In this document: piece by piece, positions 16,539 through 23,313 of the stretch
Layout of the letters: the number at the start of each line of letters is the position of its first letter
Numbering within the stretch: position 1 is the first letter of the stretch
Source: Escherichia phage 121Q
Strand: one strand, 5' to 3'
Length of the DNA stretch: 64,000 nucleotides
Sequence record: NC_025447.1
The notes under the pieces: model-generated
Database searches by the model: none
Seen by the model: the letters and a program-made list of their open reading frames with translations, nothing else
What the model was told of the DNA's origin: nothing
Made by a program: the position numbers and the translations under genes

Positions 16539-16691
16539 ATGAAACAATACAACGCTCGGTTTGATGTTACTATCGGCAACGGCAAAGGTCAATTTTCTTT
16601 CAGTACTCGTAGGAGTTATACAGAAAACTTCCTGCGTAATTGTGCACTGACCGCCGCACAAATTAAACATTACTTTCAGGCTAAAAAATGA
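16539..16691 (+). CDS. hypothetical small protein (50 aa)
   Basis: Start trimmed to ATG 16539 after SD TAGGAGAA. Confidence 0.6.
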   Translation: MKQYNARFDVTIGNGKGQFSFSTRRSYTENFLRNCALTAAQIKHYFQAKK

Positions 16692-16777
16692 AATCATTGG
16701 CTTATTACAGTTCGGCCCTGGTCGGTGCATTGATCGCGGCATTGTTAGTAACTTATCTATTCTTTATGGTGATTTAA
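16688..16777 (+). CDS. 29-aa hydrophobic peptide (single predicted TM helix)
   Basis: ATGA overlap with upstream stop; MKSLAYYSSALVGALIAALLVTYLFFMVI. Confidence 0.4.
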   Translation: MKSLAYYSSALVGALIAALLVTYLFFMVI

Positions 16778-16915
16778 ATGAATCCTAACGGTTTAATTTA
16801 CAGTACTCCTAAAACGAAAGCAGATAAAGCGAAAGCACGTAAAGCGAAAGTAAAGCAGTACATCAAGCAAGGCATGACACGCAAAGCGGCATTGCTTAAA
16901 GCTAAAAATAAATGA
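16778..16915 (+). CDS. 45-aa lysine-rich basic peptide
   Basis: TAAATG junction with upstream peptide; MNPNGLIYSTPKTKADKAKARKAKVKQYIKQG... Confidence 0.4.
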   Translation: MNPNGLIYSTPKTKADKAKARKAKVKQYIKQGMTRKAALLKAKNK

Positions 16916-16924
16916 AAAAAGTGG

Positions 16925-16953
16925 TTGACTTCGGTCAGCCATTTTGCTATTAT
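16925..16953 (+). promoter_or_regulatory. promoter with embedded inverted repeat, driving the box element
   Basis: TTGACT, 17-nt spacer (tcggtcagccattttgc), TATTAT. Confidence 0.5.
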
Positions 16954-16976
16954 ATATTCATTGAGAGATAGCTCAC

Positions 16977-17007
16977 TAGCCCACAGGGTGCAGGAGTGTA
17001 TCTATTG
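16977..17007 (+). repeat. 'CCCACAGGGTGCA...GTATCTAT' box element
   Basis: tagcccacagggtgcaggagtgtatctattg; family also at 10608, 12819(-), 18658, 20666, 23969, 25888. Confidence 0.55.
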
Positions 17008-17057
17008 TATAATGATTGAGTACTGAAAACTATTTTAAAGTATTTGATAAAAAGTAC

Positions 17058-17085
17058 TTGCAAACTATCTCAATGAGCGTATAAT
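17058..17085 (+). promoter_or_regulatory. early-type promoter with leader hairpin
   Basis: TTGCAA, 16-nt spacer, TATAAT; hairpin GGAAACGGTTTCC ~17102-17114. Confidence 0.6.
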
Positions 17086-17138
17086 GTTTTATATCGCAAG
17101 GGGAAACGGTTTCCTCTCCAAATAAAAGGAATACCAAA

Positions 17139-17477
17139 ATGATCTCTATCGCTCAATCTAACTTTGAAAACGAAATCATCGCTCAGGCACTGCGTTTAAA
17201 TGATGGTCGGGCCGAAATCAATTACGGTTTCAATAGTGGTGGATGTGAAAAATATCAGTACTTTGTAACGGCTGATGGCTGTGTCCTGGGTATCAATACA
17301 GTTATTGTAAACATTCAGAAAATTAATTTCAATGATCCAGACGATAGCCAGTTTTACATCACGGGCGTAGACGTGAACTATGAGGATGACTCACTAACTG
17401 ATGATCACACTGGCGAGAAGTTAGAAAGTGCATACGGTGAAGATGATTATCAGTCAGTACCAGAAGATTTTGAATAA
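17139..17477 (+). CDS. hypothetical acidic protein (112 aa)
   Basis: SD AAAAGGAAT; ATG 17139. Confidence 0.65.
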   Translation: MISIAQSNFENEIIAQALRLNDGRAEINYGFNSGGCEKYQYFVTADGCVLGINTVIVNIQKINFNDPDDSQFYITGVDVNYEDDSLTDDHTGEKLESAYGEDDYQSVPEDFE

Positions 17478-17491
17478 TATTAAAAAATAGT

Positions 17492-17519
17492 TTGACAATA
17501 GTTTTTAGTACTGTATAAT
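17492..17519 (+). promoter_or_regulatory. early-type promoter with leader hairpin
   Basis: TTGACA, 16-nt spacer, TATAAT; hairpin GGGGAGAATAGTTCTCCCC 17532-17550. Confidence 0.65.
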
Positions 17520-17572
17520 TAATTACATCAAGGGGAGAATAGTTCTCCCCACTAACAGAGAGAGAAAACAAA

Positions 17573-17785
17573 ATGGCTAATATCCGCACTGTACTGAAAA
17601 ATGCAAAACAAGTTTTATTTTCTGATCATGAAAATTTCAACAAGGATATCACTGGCGTTCGGAATATCAAAGATGTAAAAAATGTTATGGGTATCTATTG
17701 CAATATGAAACGTGTTGGCACGTTCGGCGATAAAGTACTATACCAGGCAGGGGATTACAATTTTACACTGACTATCATTAACTAA
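17573..17785 (+). CDS. hypothetical protein (70 aa)
   Basis: SD AGAGAGAGAAAA; MANIRTVLKN. Confidence 0.65.
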   Translation: MANIRTVLKNAKQVLFSDHENFNKDITGVRNIKDVKNVMGIYCNMKRVGTFGDKVLYQAGDYNFTLTIIN

Positions 17786-17804
17786 AAATATTATCACAGT
17801 ACTA

Positions 17805-17833
17805 TTGACAACGTTTGATAGTACTGGCATAAT
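17805..17833 (+). promoter_or_regulatory. early-type promoter (variant 2)
   Basis: TTGACA, 17-nt spacer, CATAAT. Confidence 0.55.
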
Positions 17834-17876
17834 AACTTTTATCAAGACAACGCATATTAATTTAAGGAATACTAAA

Positions 17877-18056
17877 ATGGCTATTATCGCAAAAACTGAA
17901 ATCATCGGCCTGGATTCTATCATCATGACGTTTGAAGATCAAAAAGGGATGTATGTAGTTTCCTATGGTGATTATGTTCGGGAGTATGAAACAGTAGACG
18001 AAGCCTTTGAAAGTTACATTCGCCAGGTTAATAAAGCATACGACGATTACCGCTAA
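17877..18056 (+). CDS. hypothetical protein (59 aa)
   Basis: Start trimmed from 17805 (which lies in the promoter) to ATG 17877 after SD TAAGGAAT; MAIIAKTEII. Confidence 0.6.
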   Translation: MAIIAKTEIIGLDSIIMTFEDQKGMYVVSYGDYVREYETVDEAFESYIRQVNKAYDDYR

Positions 18057-18083
18057 AATATATTACCAGTACTATTAAATCTA

Positions 18084-18111
18084 TTGACAATGTTTGATAG
18101 TACTGTATAAT
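18084..18111 (+). promoter_or_regulatory. early-type promoter
   Basis: TTGACA, 16-nt spacer, TATAAT. Confidence 0.55.
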
Positions 18112-18155
18112 AAGTTTTATAAACAGTAGTTAACTTAACCTAAGAGAGAAAAATC

Positions 18156-18299
18156 ATGACAGCATTAGATTCATTCATCGACGCAGTACTGGCAAAAACT
18201 GGCGAGGATCTGACCGCAGAACAATACGCGATGATCGAACAATGTCAGCAAGACGGTAAATCGGTGAAAGATACTGTTAAGATTATCCGCAAGATGTAA
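18156..18299 (+). CDS. hypothetical small protein (47 aa)
   Basis: SD TAAGAGAGAAAAA then ATG 18156; MTALDSFIDAVLAKTGEDL...; followed by terminator. Confidence 0.5.
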   Translation: MTALDSFIDAVLAKTGEDLTAEQYAMIEQCQQDGKSVKDTVKIIRKM

Positions 18300-18305
18300 G
18301 ATTAT

Positions 18306-18337
18306 AGCCCACTGGTTAACGCTGGTGGGCTTTAATC
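18306..18337 (+). terminator. terminator-like hairpin containing a Chi octamer
   Basis: AGCCCAC..GTGGGCT stem, then TTTAATC (weak U-tract). Confidence 0.45.
18321..18328 (+). other. Chi octamer GCTGGTGG
   Basis: Exact match inside hairpin loop/arm. Confidence 0.6.
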
Positions 18338-18404
18338 ATTTACCCTATACAATGCCAGTACTAAACCGTTTAACTCGTTAGAATGCGTTACAGGACGTTT
18401 AACA

Positions 18405-18602
18405 ATGATTAGCATGAAATCAGTACAAAAACAAATAGAAACATTATCAAAAATTAAACGTAAACAGTACTCATTAGAATATACAATCAATGGTAACTAT
18501 CATCTAATGAAAGAAAATAATTTTATAGTCATTGATGAATCATTGCAGATCATTAGTATAGTACTGAAAGCATTAATCAATGACAGAAAAAAGTTAAAAT
18601 AA
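18405..18602 (+). CDS. hypothetical protein (65 aa), uncertain
   Basis: ORF without convincing SD; preceded by repeated cgttagaatgcg element. Confidence 0.3.
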   Translation: MISMKSVQKQIETLSKIKRKQYSLEYTINGNYHLMKENNFIVIDESLQIISIVLKALINDRKKLK

Positions 18603-18606
18603 TCTA

Positions 18607-18635
18607 TTGACAATATTATCCAGTACTGGCATAAT
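18607..18635 (+). promoter_or_regulatory. early-type promoter (variant 2) in front of a ~290-nt leader
   Basis: TTGACA, 17-nt spacer, CATAAT; leader holds box element and GATC cluster. Confidence 0.5.
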
Positions 18636-18657
18636 ACTTACATCAAGACGAGAACGT

Positions 18658-18691
18658 CACTAACCCATAGGGTGCACAAATGTAACTATAT
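18658..18691 (+). repeat. 'CCCATAGGGTGCA' box element
   Basis: cactaacccatagggtgcacaaatgtaactatat. Confidence 0.5.
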
Positions 18692-18697
18692 AATATC

Positions 18698-18768
18698 GAT
18701 CAATAAATGATCAAAAAAGTACTGGATCAATTTAGCATAAGGCGTATAATTCTGATCAAATCTTGATC
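18698..18768. repeat. Cluster of five GATCAA repeats (Dam-type GATC sites)
   Basis: cgatcaat, tgatcaaa, ggatcaat, tgatcaaa, tgatcaaa within ~70 bp. Confidence 0.5.
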
Positions 18769-18931
18769 AAAGGCAATAAACGTAGTTGAAATTATATAGA
18801 AAGTACAAAGGCGTTACCATTCGTGGTAATGCTGGGGAATATGTAGTATCATACGGTTTGAATAAAATCAGTACTAGTAGTATTATTGTAGCATTACAGT
18901 ACTATAGTATTTTTATAATGAGGTTAAAATA

Positions 18932-19189
18932 ATGGCTGTTGGATTCGCGAAGGACGGGGCCGAGCAAGACGAGATTAACGCAGTGATTCAGGCCGCTGTA
19001 AACCACGCTAGAACGCAAATTAACGCACAAATAGAATCACTGATACATTGCCTCGACTGCGGCGATAAAATCCCTGAGAATCGCCGCCTGGCCGTTAAGG
19101 GGTGTAAGTACTGCATCACTTGCCAGGCTGATCATGATAGCATATTCAAACGCAATCCCCGTAATTGTTGGCATAGATCTATGAGATAA
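18932..19189 (+). CDS. TraR/DksA-family C4 zinc-finger protein (candidate RNA-polymerase-binding modulator)
   Basis: CLDCGDKIPENRRLAVKGCKYCITCQ matches the C-x2-C-x17-C-x2-C spacing and the CxxCGxxIPExRR...C..CQ pattern of TraR/DksA zinc fingers; SD TGAGGT. Confidence 0.55.
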   Translation: MAVGFAKDGAEQDEINAVIQAAVNHARTQINAQIESLIHCLDCGDKIPENRRLAVKGCKYCITCQADHDSIFKRNPRNCWHRSMR

Positions 19190-19195
19190 AAAGTA

Positions 19196-19223
19196 TTGAC
19201 AGTACTGTTAGTTAGTGTATAAT
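19196..19223 (+). promoter_or_regulatory. early-type promoter
   Basis: TTGACA, 16-nt spacer, TATAAT. Confidence 0.55.
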
Positions 19224-19252
19224 ATTTTATATCTTAACTGAGGATTGAAATC

Positions 19253-19609
19253 ATGGGTATACAACATATCACGCGTACTACAGACAATGGTGAGATCACT
19301 GGCTATCAAGTACAAGGCAAAGTAGCACAATTGCAGTACTGGTTTGTTAAACGTGGCATTGTTGCACCGGATCTTGATTATGATCGTGTAGCGTTTATTG
19401 ATTCTCTTTATGTTGATCCCGATAATCGCGGTAACGGTGAAGGTACTGAGTTAATGAATGCCTTTATTGATGCCGCCGATGATTCAGATTGTATCATCTT
19501 AGAATGCGATACTGGAGAAGATAACGAGTTTAATCTTAAAGAATGGTATGAAGGTTTTGGATTTGAAGTACTGATTAACTGCGAATATCCTATAATGATT
19601 TTATCCTAG
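19253..19609 (+). CDS. possible GNAT-family N-acetyltransferase (118 aa)
   Basis: LYVDPDNRGNGEGTELMNAF resembles GNAT motif A (R-G-x-G-x-G); SD CTGAGGAT. Confidence 0.4.
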   Translation: MGIQHITRTTDNGEITGYQVQGKVAQLQYWFVKRGIVAPDLDYDRVAFIDSLYVDPDNRGNGEGTELMNAFIDAADDSDCIILECDTGEDNEFNLKEWYEGFGFEVLINCEYPIMILS

Positions 19610-19611
19610 TA

Positions 19612-19639
19612 CTTGCAATTAGTTTTAAGTACTGTATAA
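19612..19639 (+). promoter_or_regulatory. early-type promoter with leader hairpin
   Basis: TTGCAA, 16-nt spacer, TATAAT; hairpin 19652-19670. Confidence 0.65.
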
Positions 19640-19688
19640 TAGTTTACATGAAGGGGAGAATAGTTCTCCCCACTACAAGGAAAGACAA

Positions 19689-19877
19689 ATGCAAAACTTA
19701 TCAAGTATTTTAGTACAAGATGATTTCGGTAATCCTGGAAGTGCTATCATCGTTCGGGGCAATAAGGCAACGTTTGTTATTGCTGGTGGACCTGTACAGC
19801 GTAGCATTAAAAACAATGCAGTTACAATCAATAATGTTCGCTATCGCTTAGATAAAGAATTGATTCATAAACTTTAA
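19689..19877 (+). CDS. hypothetical protein (62 aa)
   Basis: SD AAGGAAAGA; ATG 19689. Confidence 0.6.
   Translation: MQNLSSILVQDDFGNPGSAIIVRGNKATFVIAGGPVQRSIKNNAVTINNVRYRLDKELIHKL
19782..19789 (+). other. Chi octamer GCTGGTGG (inside CDS)
   Basis: Exact match, codes IAGG. Confidence 0.55.
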
Positions 19878-19885
19878 AAAAGTAT

Positions 19886-19913
19886 TTGACAAAGCATTGT
19901 AGTACTGTATAAT
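19886..19913 (+). promoter_or_regulatory. early-type promoter with leader hairpin
   Basis: TTGACA, 16-nt spacer, TATAAT; hairpin 19926-19945. Confidence 0.65.
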
Positions 19914-19962
19914 AGTTTACATGAAGGGGAGAAATGATTCTCCCCACTAAGAGGAAAGAAAC

Positions 19963-20175
19963 ATGCAAGGTCAACTAATCGTTCGTAAATGGTCTGATAC
20001 TAACGAAAAACCGTGGGATGTTCAATATATCGGACCGGACGGTGTTTCACGTTATCAACCTGGCGTAACGCATAGTACTGAGCAATATGCCGCCGCTCAC
20101 CGCGAACGCCTGTTAGAATCTATGAAACAGGGATTCTGTGAAAAATTCATTCAAGATCATTGGCTGAAAGATTAA
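19963..20175 (+). CDS. hypothetical protein (70 aa)
   Basis: SD AAGAGGAAAGAA; ATG 19963. Confidence 0.65.
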   Translation: MQGQLIVRKWSDTNEKPWDVQYIGPDGVSRYQPGVTHSTEQYAAAHRERLLESMKQGFCEKFIQDHWLKD

Positions 20176-20194
20176 TATATAAGGAGTACAGCTT

Positions 20195-20287
20195 ATGCAA
20201 ATGAATCCGATGATTGTTGTGTTAGCTGTACTTATGATCATTCATGCCATCGTAGAAGTACTAACACAATCAGGAGTAATACAATGA
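20195..20287 (+). CDS. 30-aa hydrophobic peptide
   Basis: SD AAGGAG then ATG 20195; MQMNPMIVVLAVLMIIHAIVEVL...; ATGA overlap with next ORF. Confidence 0.4.
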   Translation: MQMNPMIVVLAVLMIIHAIVEVLTQSGVIQ

Positions 20288-20454
20288 TCCAAGTAGAATT
20301 ATCAGTACTGAAAGATCTGTTTTATCGGTTAGGCACTACTGGCGAATACCCTAAAGGGGATACTGCTAAACTATACATTGCATTGGATGTATGGCAACGT
20401 AATGAACTGGCTAACGCCTGGCGTAAAGGTAAATCAGAGGGGATTGCAGCATGA
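20284..20454 (+). CDS. hypothetical small protein (56 aa)
   Basis: Coupled start; MIQVELSVLKDLFYRLG... Confidence 0.4.
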   Translation: MIQVELSVLKDLFYRLGTTGEYPKGDTAKLYIALDVWQRNELANAWRKGKSEGIAA

Positions 20455-20600
20455 AAGAATTTTTATTCGAAGTAGTGTTCCAGGGCGTAGGAAGTAACCA
20501 ACTGATTCGATCAAGTGGTTACAATGTTAACCAGGCATGGAATAACATTAAACAAATGTACCCGAACGCTATCACATATCGCAACCCAAAACAAGTTTAA
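20451..20600 (+). CDS. hypothetical small protein (49 aa)
   Basis: ATGA coupling; MKEFLFEVVFQGVGSNQLIRS... Confidence 0.4.
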   Translation: MKEFLFEVVFQGVGSNQLIRSSGYNVNQAWNNIKQMYPNAITYRNPKQV

Positions 20601-20618
20601 AAAGAATAAAAAAAGGGA

Positions 20619-20647
20619 TTGACTCCGGTCAGTCCCTTTGCTATTAT
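20619..20647 (+). promoter_or_regulatory. promoter with embedded inverted repeat, driving box element
   Basis: TTGACT, 17-nt spacer (ccggtcagtccctttgc), TATTAT. Confidence 0.5.
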
Positions 20648-20665
20648 ATACGCATAGACAAAAAC

Positions 20666-20696
20666 TAGCCCACAGGGTGCATAAATGTATCTATTA
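20666..20696 (+). repeat. 'CCCACAGGGTGCA' box element
   Basis: tagcccacagggtgcataaatgtatctattat. Confidence 0.55.
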
Positions 20697-20699
20697 TAT

Positions 20700-20707
20700 G
20701 CTGGTGG
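20700..20707 (+). other. Chi octamer GCTGGTGG
   Basis: Exact match, intergenic, directly 3' of box element. Confidence 0.6.
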
Positions 20708-20747
20708 CTAGTACTATCAAGTACTGAAAACTATTTTTAAAAAGTAC

Positions 20748-20775
20748 TTGCATTGTACTTAGAATCAAGTATAAT
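20748..20775 (+). promoter_or_regulatory. early-type promoter (first of tandem pair)
   Basis: TTGCAT, 16-nt spacer, TATAAT; followed by conserved ~85-nt leader. Confidence 0.55.
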
Positions 20776-20862
20776 GTTTTACATCAGGACGGGGAACGAA
20801 ACAAGTAACCCCGTTAAGTAGTCCAGGAGTAAGACATACGAAAACCTCCCCTGATAAAATAG

Positions 20863-20890
20863 TTTGACAATAGAAATTAAACAAGTATAA
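20863..20890 (+). promoter_or_regulatory. early-type promoter (second of tandem pair)
   Basis: TTGACA, 16-nt spacer, TATAAT. Confidence 0.55.
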
Positions 20891-20921
20891 TACTTACATC
20901 AACCACAAAGAGGAATACAAA

Positions 20922-21122
20922 ATGAAACATTTTACTTTCGGTGTAGTAGGCTTTACAGTATCCAGCGGCGTTTATAAATCAGAACGCGGTGCTAAAAATG
21001 CAGCAAGTCGGGCGTATGGTTCACAGCGTGACTTACAGGTCGGTTATATTAGTAACATTAATAACATGTTTATTCCTGTTTCACAGCGTAAAGCGGGTAA
21101 CATGAAATGGGAAACAATTTGA
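20922..21122 (+). CDS. hypothetical protein (66 aa)
   Basis: SD AAGAGGAAT; ATG 20922. Confidence 0.65.
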   Translation: MKHFTFGVVGFTVSSGVYKSERGAKNAASRAYGSQRDLQVGYISNINNMFIPVSQRKAGNMKWETI

Positions 21123-21131
21123 TAAAATAGT

Positions 21132-21159
21132 TTGACAATAGTTTTTAGTACTGTATAAT
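21132..21159 (+). promoter_or_regulatory. early-type promoter with leader hairpin
   Basis: TTGACA, 16-nt spacer, TATAAT; hairpin GTGGGGAATAGTTCCCCAC 21173-21190. Confidence 0.65.
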
Positions 21160-21211
21160 ATTTTACATCAAGTGGGGAATAGTTCCCCACCTAACAAAGA
21201 GAGAAATTAAA

Positions 21212-21487
21212 ATGCGGATTCTACTGACAGCTAACGAAATCGAGCAAGTACTGACTACTAACCTGGAAGACTGGAAACGTGATGCAGATATCCAGGCGGT
21301 GCAATGGCTCAATGATAAGTTAACGCCGGATGATTTAAGTAAGATTGTAGATCCACAATTCTATGAAGATATTCACGACACGGCTTTAAGCGTCGAGGAT
21401 GTACTTGATAAGCACTACATTGATATTGATTTGCAGGTTTACGGTCGTAAAAACTTTATCACTATTCACGACATTTATAATAATTAA
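21212..21487 (+). CDS. hypothetical protein (91 aa)
   Basis: SD AAAGAGAGAAA; ATG 21212. Confidence 0.65.
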   Translation: MRILLTANEIEQVLTTNLEDWKRDADIQAVQWLNDKLTPDDLSKIVDPQFYEDIHDTALSVEDVLDKHYIDIDLQVYGRKNFITIHDIYNN

Positions 21488-21489
21488 GT

Positions 21490-21517
21490 ATTGACAAAGT
21501 ATCTTAGTACTGTATAA
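21490..21517 (+). promoter_or_regulatory. early-type promoter with leader hairpin
   Basis: TTGACA, 16-nt spacer, TATAAT; hairpin AGGGGAATGGTTCCCCT 21534-21550. Confidence 0.65.
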
Positions 21518-21574
21518 TAGTTTACATCAAGGCAGGGGAATGGTTCCCCTCCTAACTAAAAGAGAGAAATTAAA

Positions 21575-21898
21575 ATGACTATGATCCTTACCCAGAAAGT
21601 AGAAATGAAAATTGTAACTTCCTTTGACATTAAAGTCAATCGGTGGACTGATAGCCACGGCAATACTTACCACTCATGCTACGTGTCTGCATTGATTGGT
21701 GACCGCTGGGAAGACCTGGGACATGAAACCTTTACTTACGGTTACGGTACACAAGGCGAATACACGGGCTTGGAGATCATTAAAGAAACTGTAATAGGTT
21801 TCAACCCGAAAGAGAAAGTACTACACAGAATTGAGGATGAGATCAACAAAGAAATTACAGTTCGTTACTACGATGTAAAACGTAAGAAAGATATGTAA
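21575..21898 (+). CDS. hypothetical protein; paralog of 15365-15688
   Basis: Shared core NRWTDSHGNTYHSCYVS...FTYGY...VKRKKD. Confidence 0.7.
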   Translation: MTMILTQKVEMKIVTSFDIKVNRWTDSHGNTYHSCYVSALIGDRWEDLGHETFTYGYGTQGEYTGLEIIKETVIGFNPKEKVLHRIEDEINKEITVRYYDVKRKKDM

Positions 21899-21920
21899 TA
21901 GAATCCATTTAAAGTACTAT

Positions 21921-21949
21921 TTGACATTGCCCAGATAGTACTTTATAAT
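21921..21949 (+). promoter_or_regulatory. early-type promoter
   Basis: TTGACA, 17-nt spacer, TATAAT. Confidence 0.55.
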
Positions 21950-21997
21950 AGACTCTAACTTGTAGTACTAATTAACTTAACTAATAGGATGTACACC

Positions 21998-22393
21998 ATG
22001 ATTACTAAATTCTTCGCTACCCGTGAACAAGCTCGCATCGTTGCCCGTGAAGAAGGTGAAACATTTAAAGACATGGGCAAAGATGCACCGAAAGGACAAC
22101 GCTGGGCGGTACAGTTCAAAGAGATCTCTGATATTGTGAATTCACCTGAGCCTGTACTTACAGCAGCAGAACTAAAGCAAGCTCAAGAACTGGCTGAAGT
22201 ACTGAACGCTCAAGATGACTTTTTGAAAGGTTCTGATATTGAAGTTACAGTTAACGCAAATGCATGGACTCACGCGGATCACCTGGCAAACCTTAAGCGT
22301 CCAAGTGAACTGATTCGTAACCAGAAAGAGATCCGTCATGACCGTAAAGGAAACCGTGTAACAGTATACAGTAAACGCCGCCAGGTTATCTAA
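21998..22393 (+). CDS. hypothetical protein; paralog of 9941-10207
   Basis: Start set to second ATG (21998), which has SD AGGA 9 nt upstream; N- and C-terminal similarity to the 9941 protein. Confidence 0.65.
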   Translation: MITKFFATREQARIVAREEGETFKDMGKDAPKGQRWAVQFKEISDIVNSPEPVLTAAELKQAQELAEVLNAQDDFLKGSDIEVTVNANAWTHADHLANLKRPSELIRNQKEIRHDRKGNRVTVYSKRRQVI

Positions 22394-22416
22394 TAACTTT
22401 GCAGTACTAACAACAC

Positions 22417-22442
22417 GGCGGGAATATTTCCCGCCTTTTTTA
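22417..22442 (+). terminator. Rho-independent terminator
   Basis: GGCGGGAA-TAT-TTCCCGCC followed by TTTTTTAT. Confidence 0.7.
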
Positions 22443-22455
22443 TAGGATAAACAAA

Positions 22456-22710
22456 ATGATTAAGGTTCAACTATCAAACGATAATGTATTACGGGTACAC
22501 TATAAAGCTCCACAGAGAATCATCACAAAGGCCGTACAGCTTGCTAATGAGTTTATTAATGGTAGTCTATTGCCTAGGAAGTTAAGCAACGGGAAACTAC
22601 GTGTAATCGACGTAGACACTAACAATAGAATAGTGATCGAGAGTACTGGAAAAATTAATCTATATGAACACCAACAATACAATAAAAAAATAAAACTAAT
22701 ATCACGTTGA
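22456..22710 (+). CDS. hypothetical protein (84 aa)
   Basis: SD TAGGAT; ATG 22456. Confidence 0.6.
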   Translation: MIKVQLSNDNVLRVHYKAPQRIITKAVQLANEFINGSLLPRKLSNGKLRVIDVDTNNRIVIESTGKINLYEHQQYNKKIKLISR

Positions 22711-22735
22711 CAGTACTCAAATGTTTTAGTATTAT
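22707..22735 (+). promoter_or_regulatory. promoter (duplicated module, copy 1)
   Basis: TTGACA, 17-nt spacer (gtactcaaatgttttag), TATTAT; near-identical module at 22983. Confidence 0.55.
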
Positions 22736-22763
22736 GTATCTATACCAACACAGGAGAAACAAA

Positions 22764-22982
22764 ATGAAATTATCTAAAATCGAAAAGAAAACTATTGATG
22801 AAGCAGTGAAGCACGGTTATACCTTTCGTAATGATTCACACTTCACCAGTTTTCAACAGGGAAACCGTACCATCAAAAAACTCATTGATAAAGGTTTACT
22901 CACTAAGGTTGATAACGGGAACGGTGTAGAATATCAACCGACAGAAGACGCATTATCACTAAAGAAATATTCTATTATCTAA
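22764..22982 (+). CDS. hypothetical protein (72 aa)
   Basis: Start trimmed from 22707 (in the promoter) to ATG 22764 after SD CAGGAGAAACAAA. Confidence 0.6.
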   Translation: MKLSKIEKKTIDEAVKHGYTFRNDSHFTSFQQGNRTIKKLIDKGLLTKVDNGNGVEYQPTEDALSLKKYSII

Positions 22983-23011
22983 TTGACAGTACTCAAATGT
23001 TTTAGTACTAT
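22983..23011 (+). promoter_or_regulatory. promoter (duplicated module, copy 2)
   Basis: TTGACA, 17-nt spacer, TACTAT. Confidence 0.55.
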
Positions 23012-23039
23012 GTACGCATACCAACACGGGGAAAACAAA

Positions 23040-23282
23040 ATGATTACTTTAGAAAAACGTATCAAAGAGACTACAACGCTGGTGGAACTGTTAACCGTTC
23101 TTAAATGCCGGGTAACTCCATTCAGTACACCGGACTTTATCAACATGGTGGACGTTAACGGTCGCTATCGTATTGCGGTCGAACAAGGTACGGCAAAAGT
23201 ATTCAGTACTAAAAATACGCGTGAAGTATTCCACGCAGTTCAAGTAAAAAAAGTAGTTGCCATTGATAGTAAAGTACTGTAA
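23040..23282 (+). CDS. hypothetical protein (80 aa)
   Basis: Start trimmed to ATG 23040 after SD CGGGGAAAACAAA; shares promoter/leader but not protein sequence with 22764. Confidence 0.6.
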   Translation: MITLEKRIKETTTLVELLTVLKCRVTPFSTPDFINMVDVNGRYRIAVEQGTAKVFSTKNTREVFHAVQVKKVVAIDSKVL

Positions 23283-23313
23283 TATAGTTTCATTAACTCA
23301 AGGAGTCAACACA

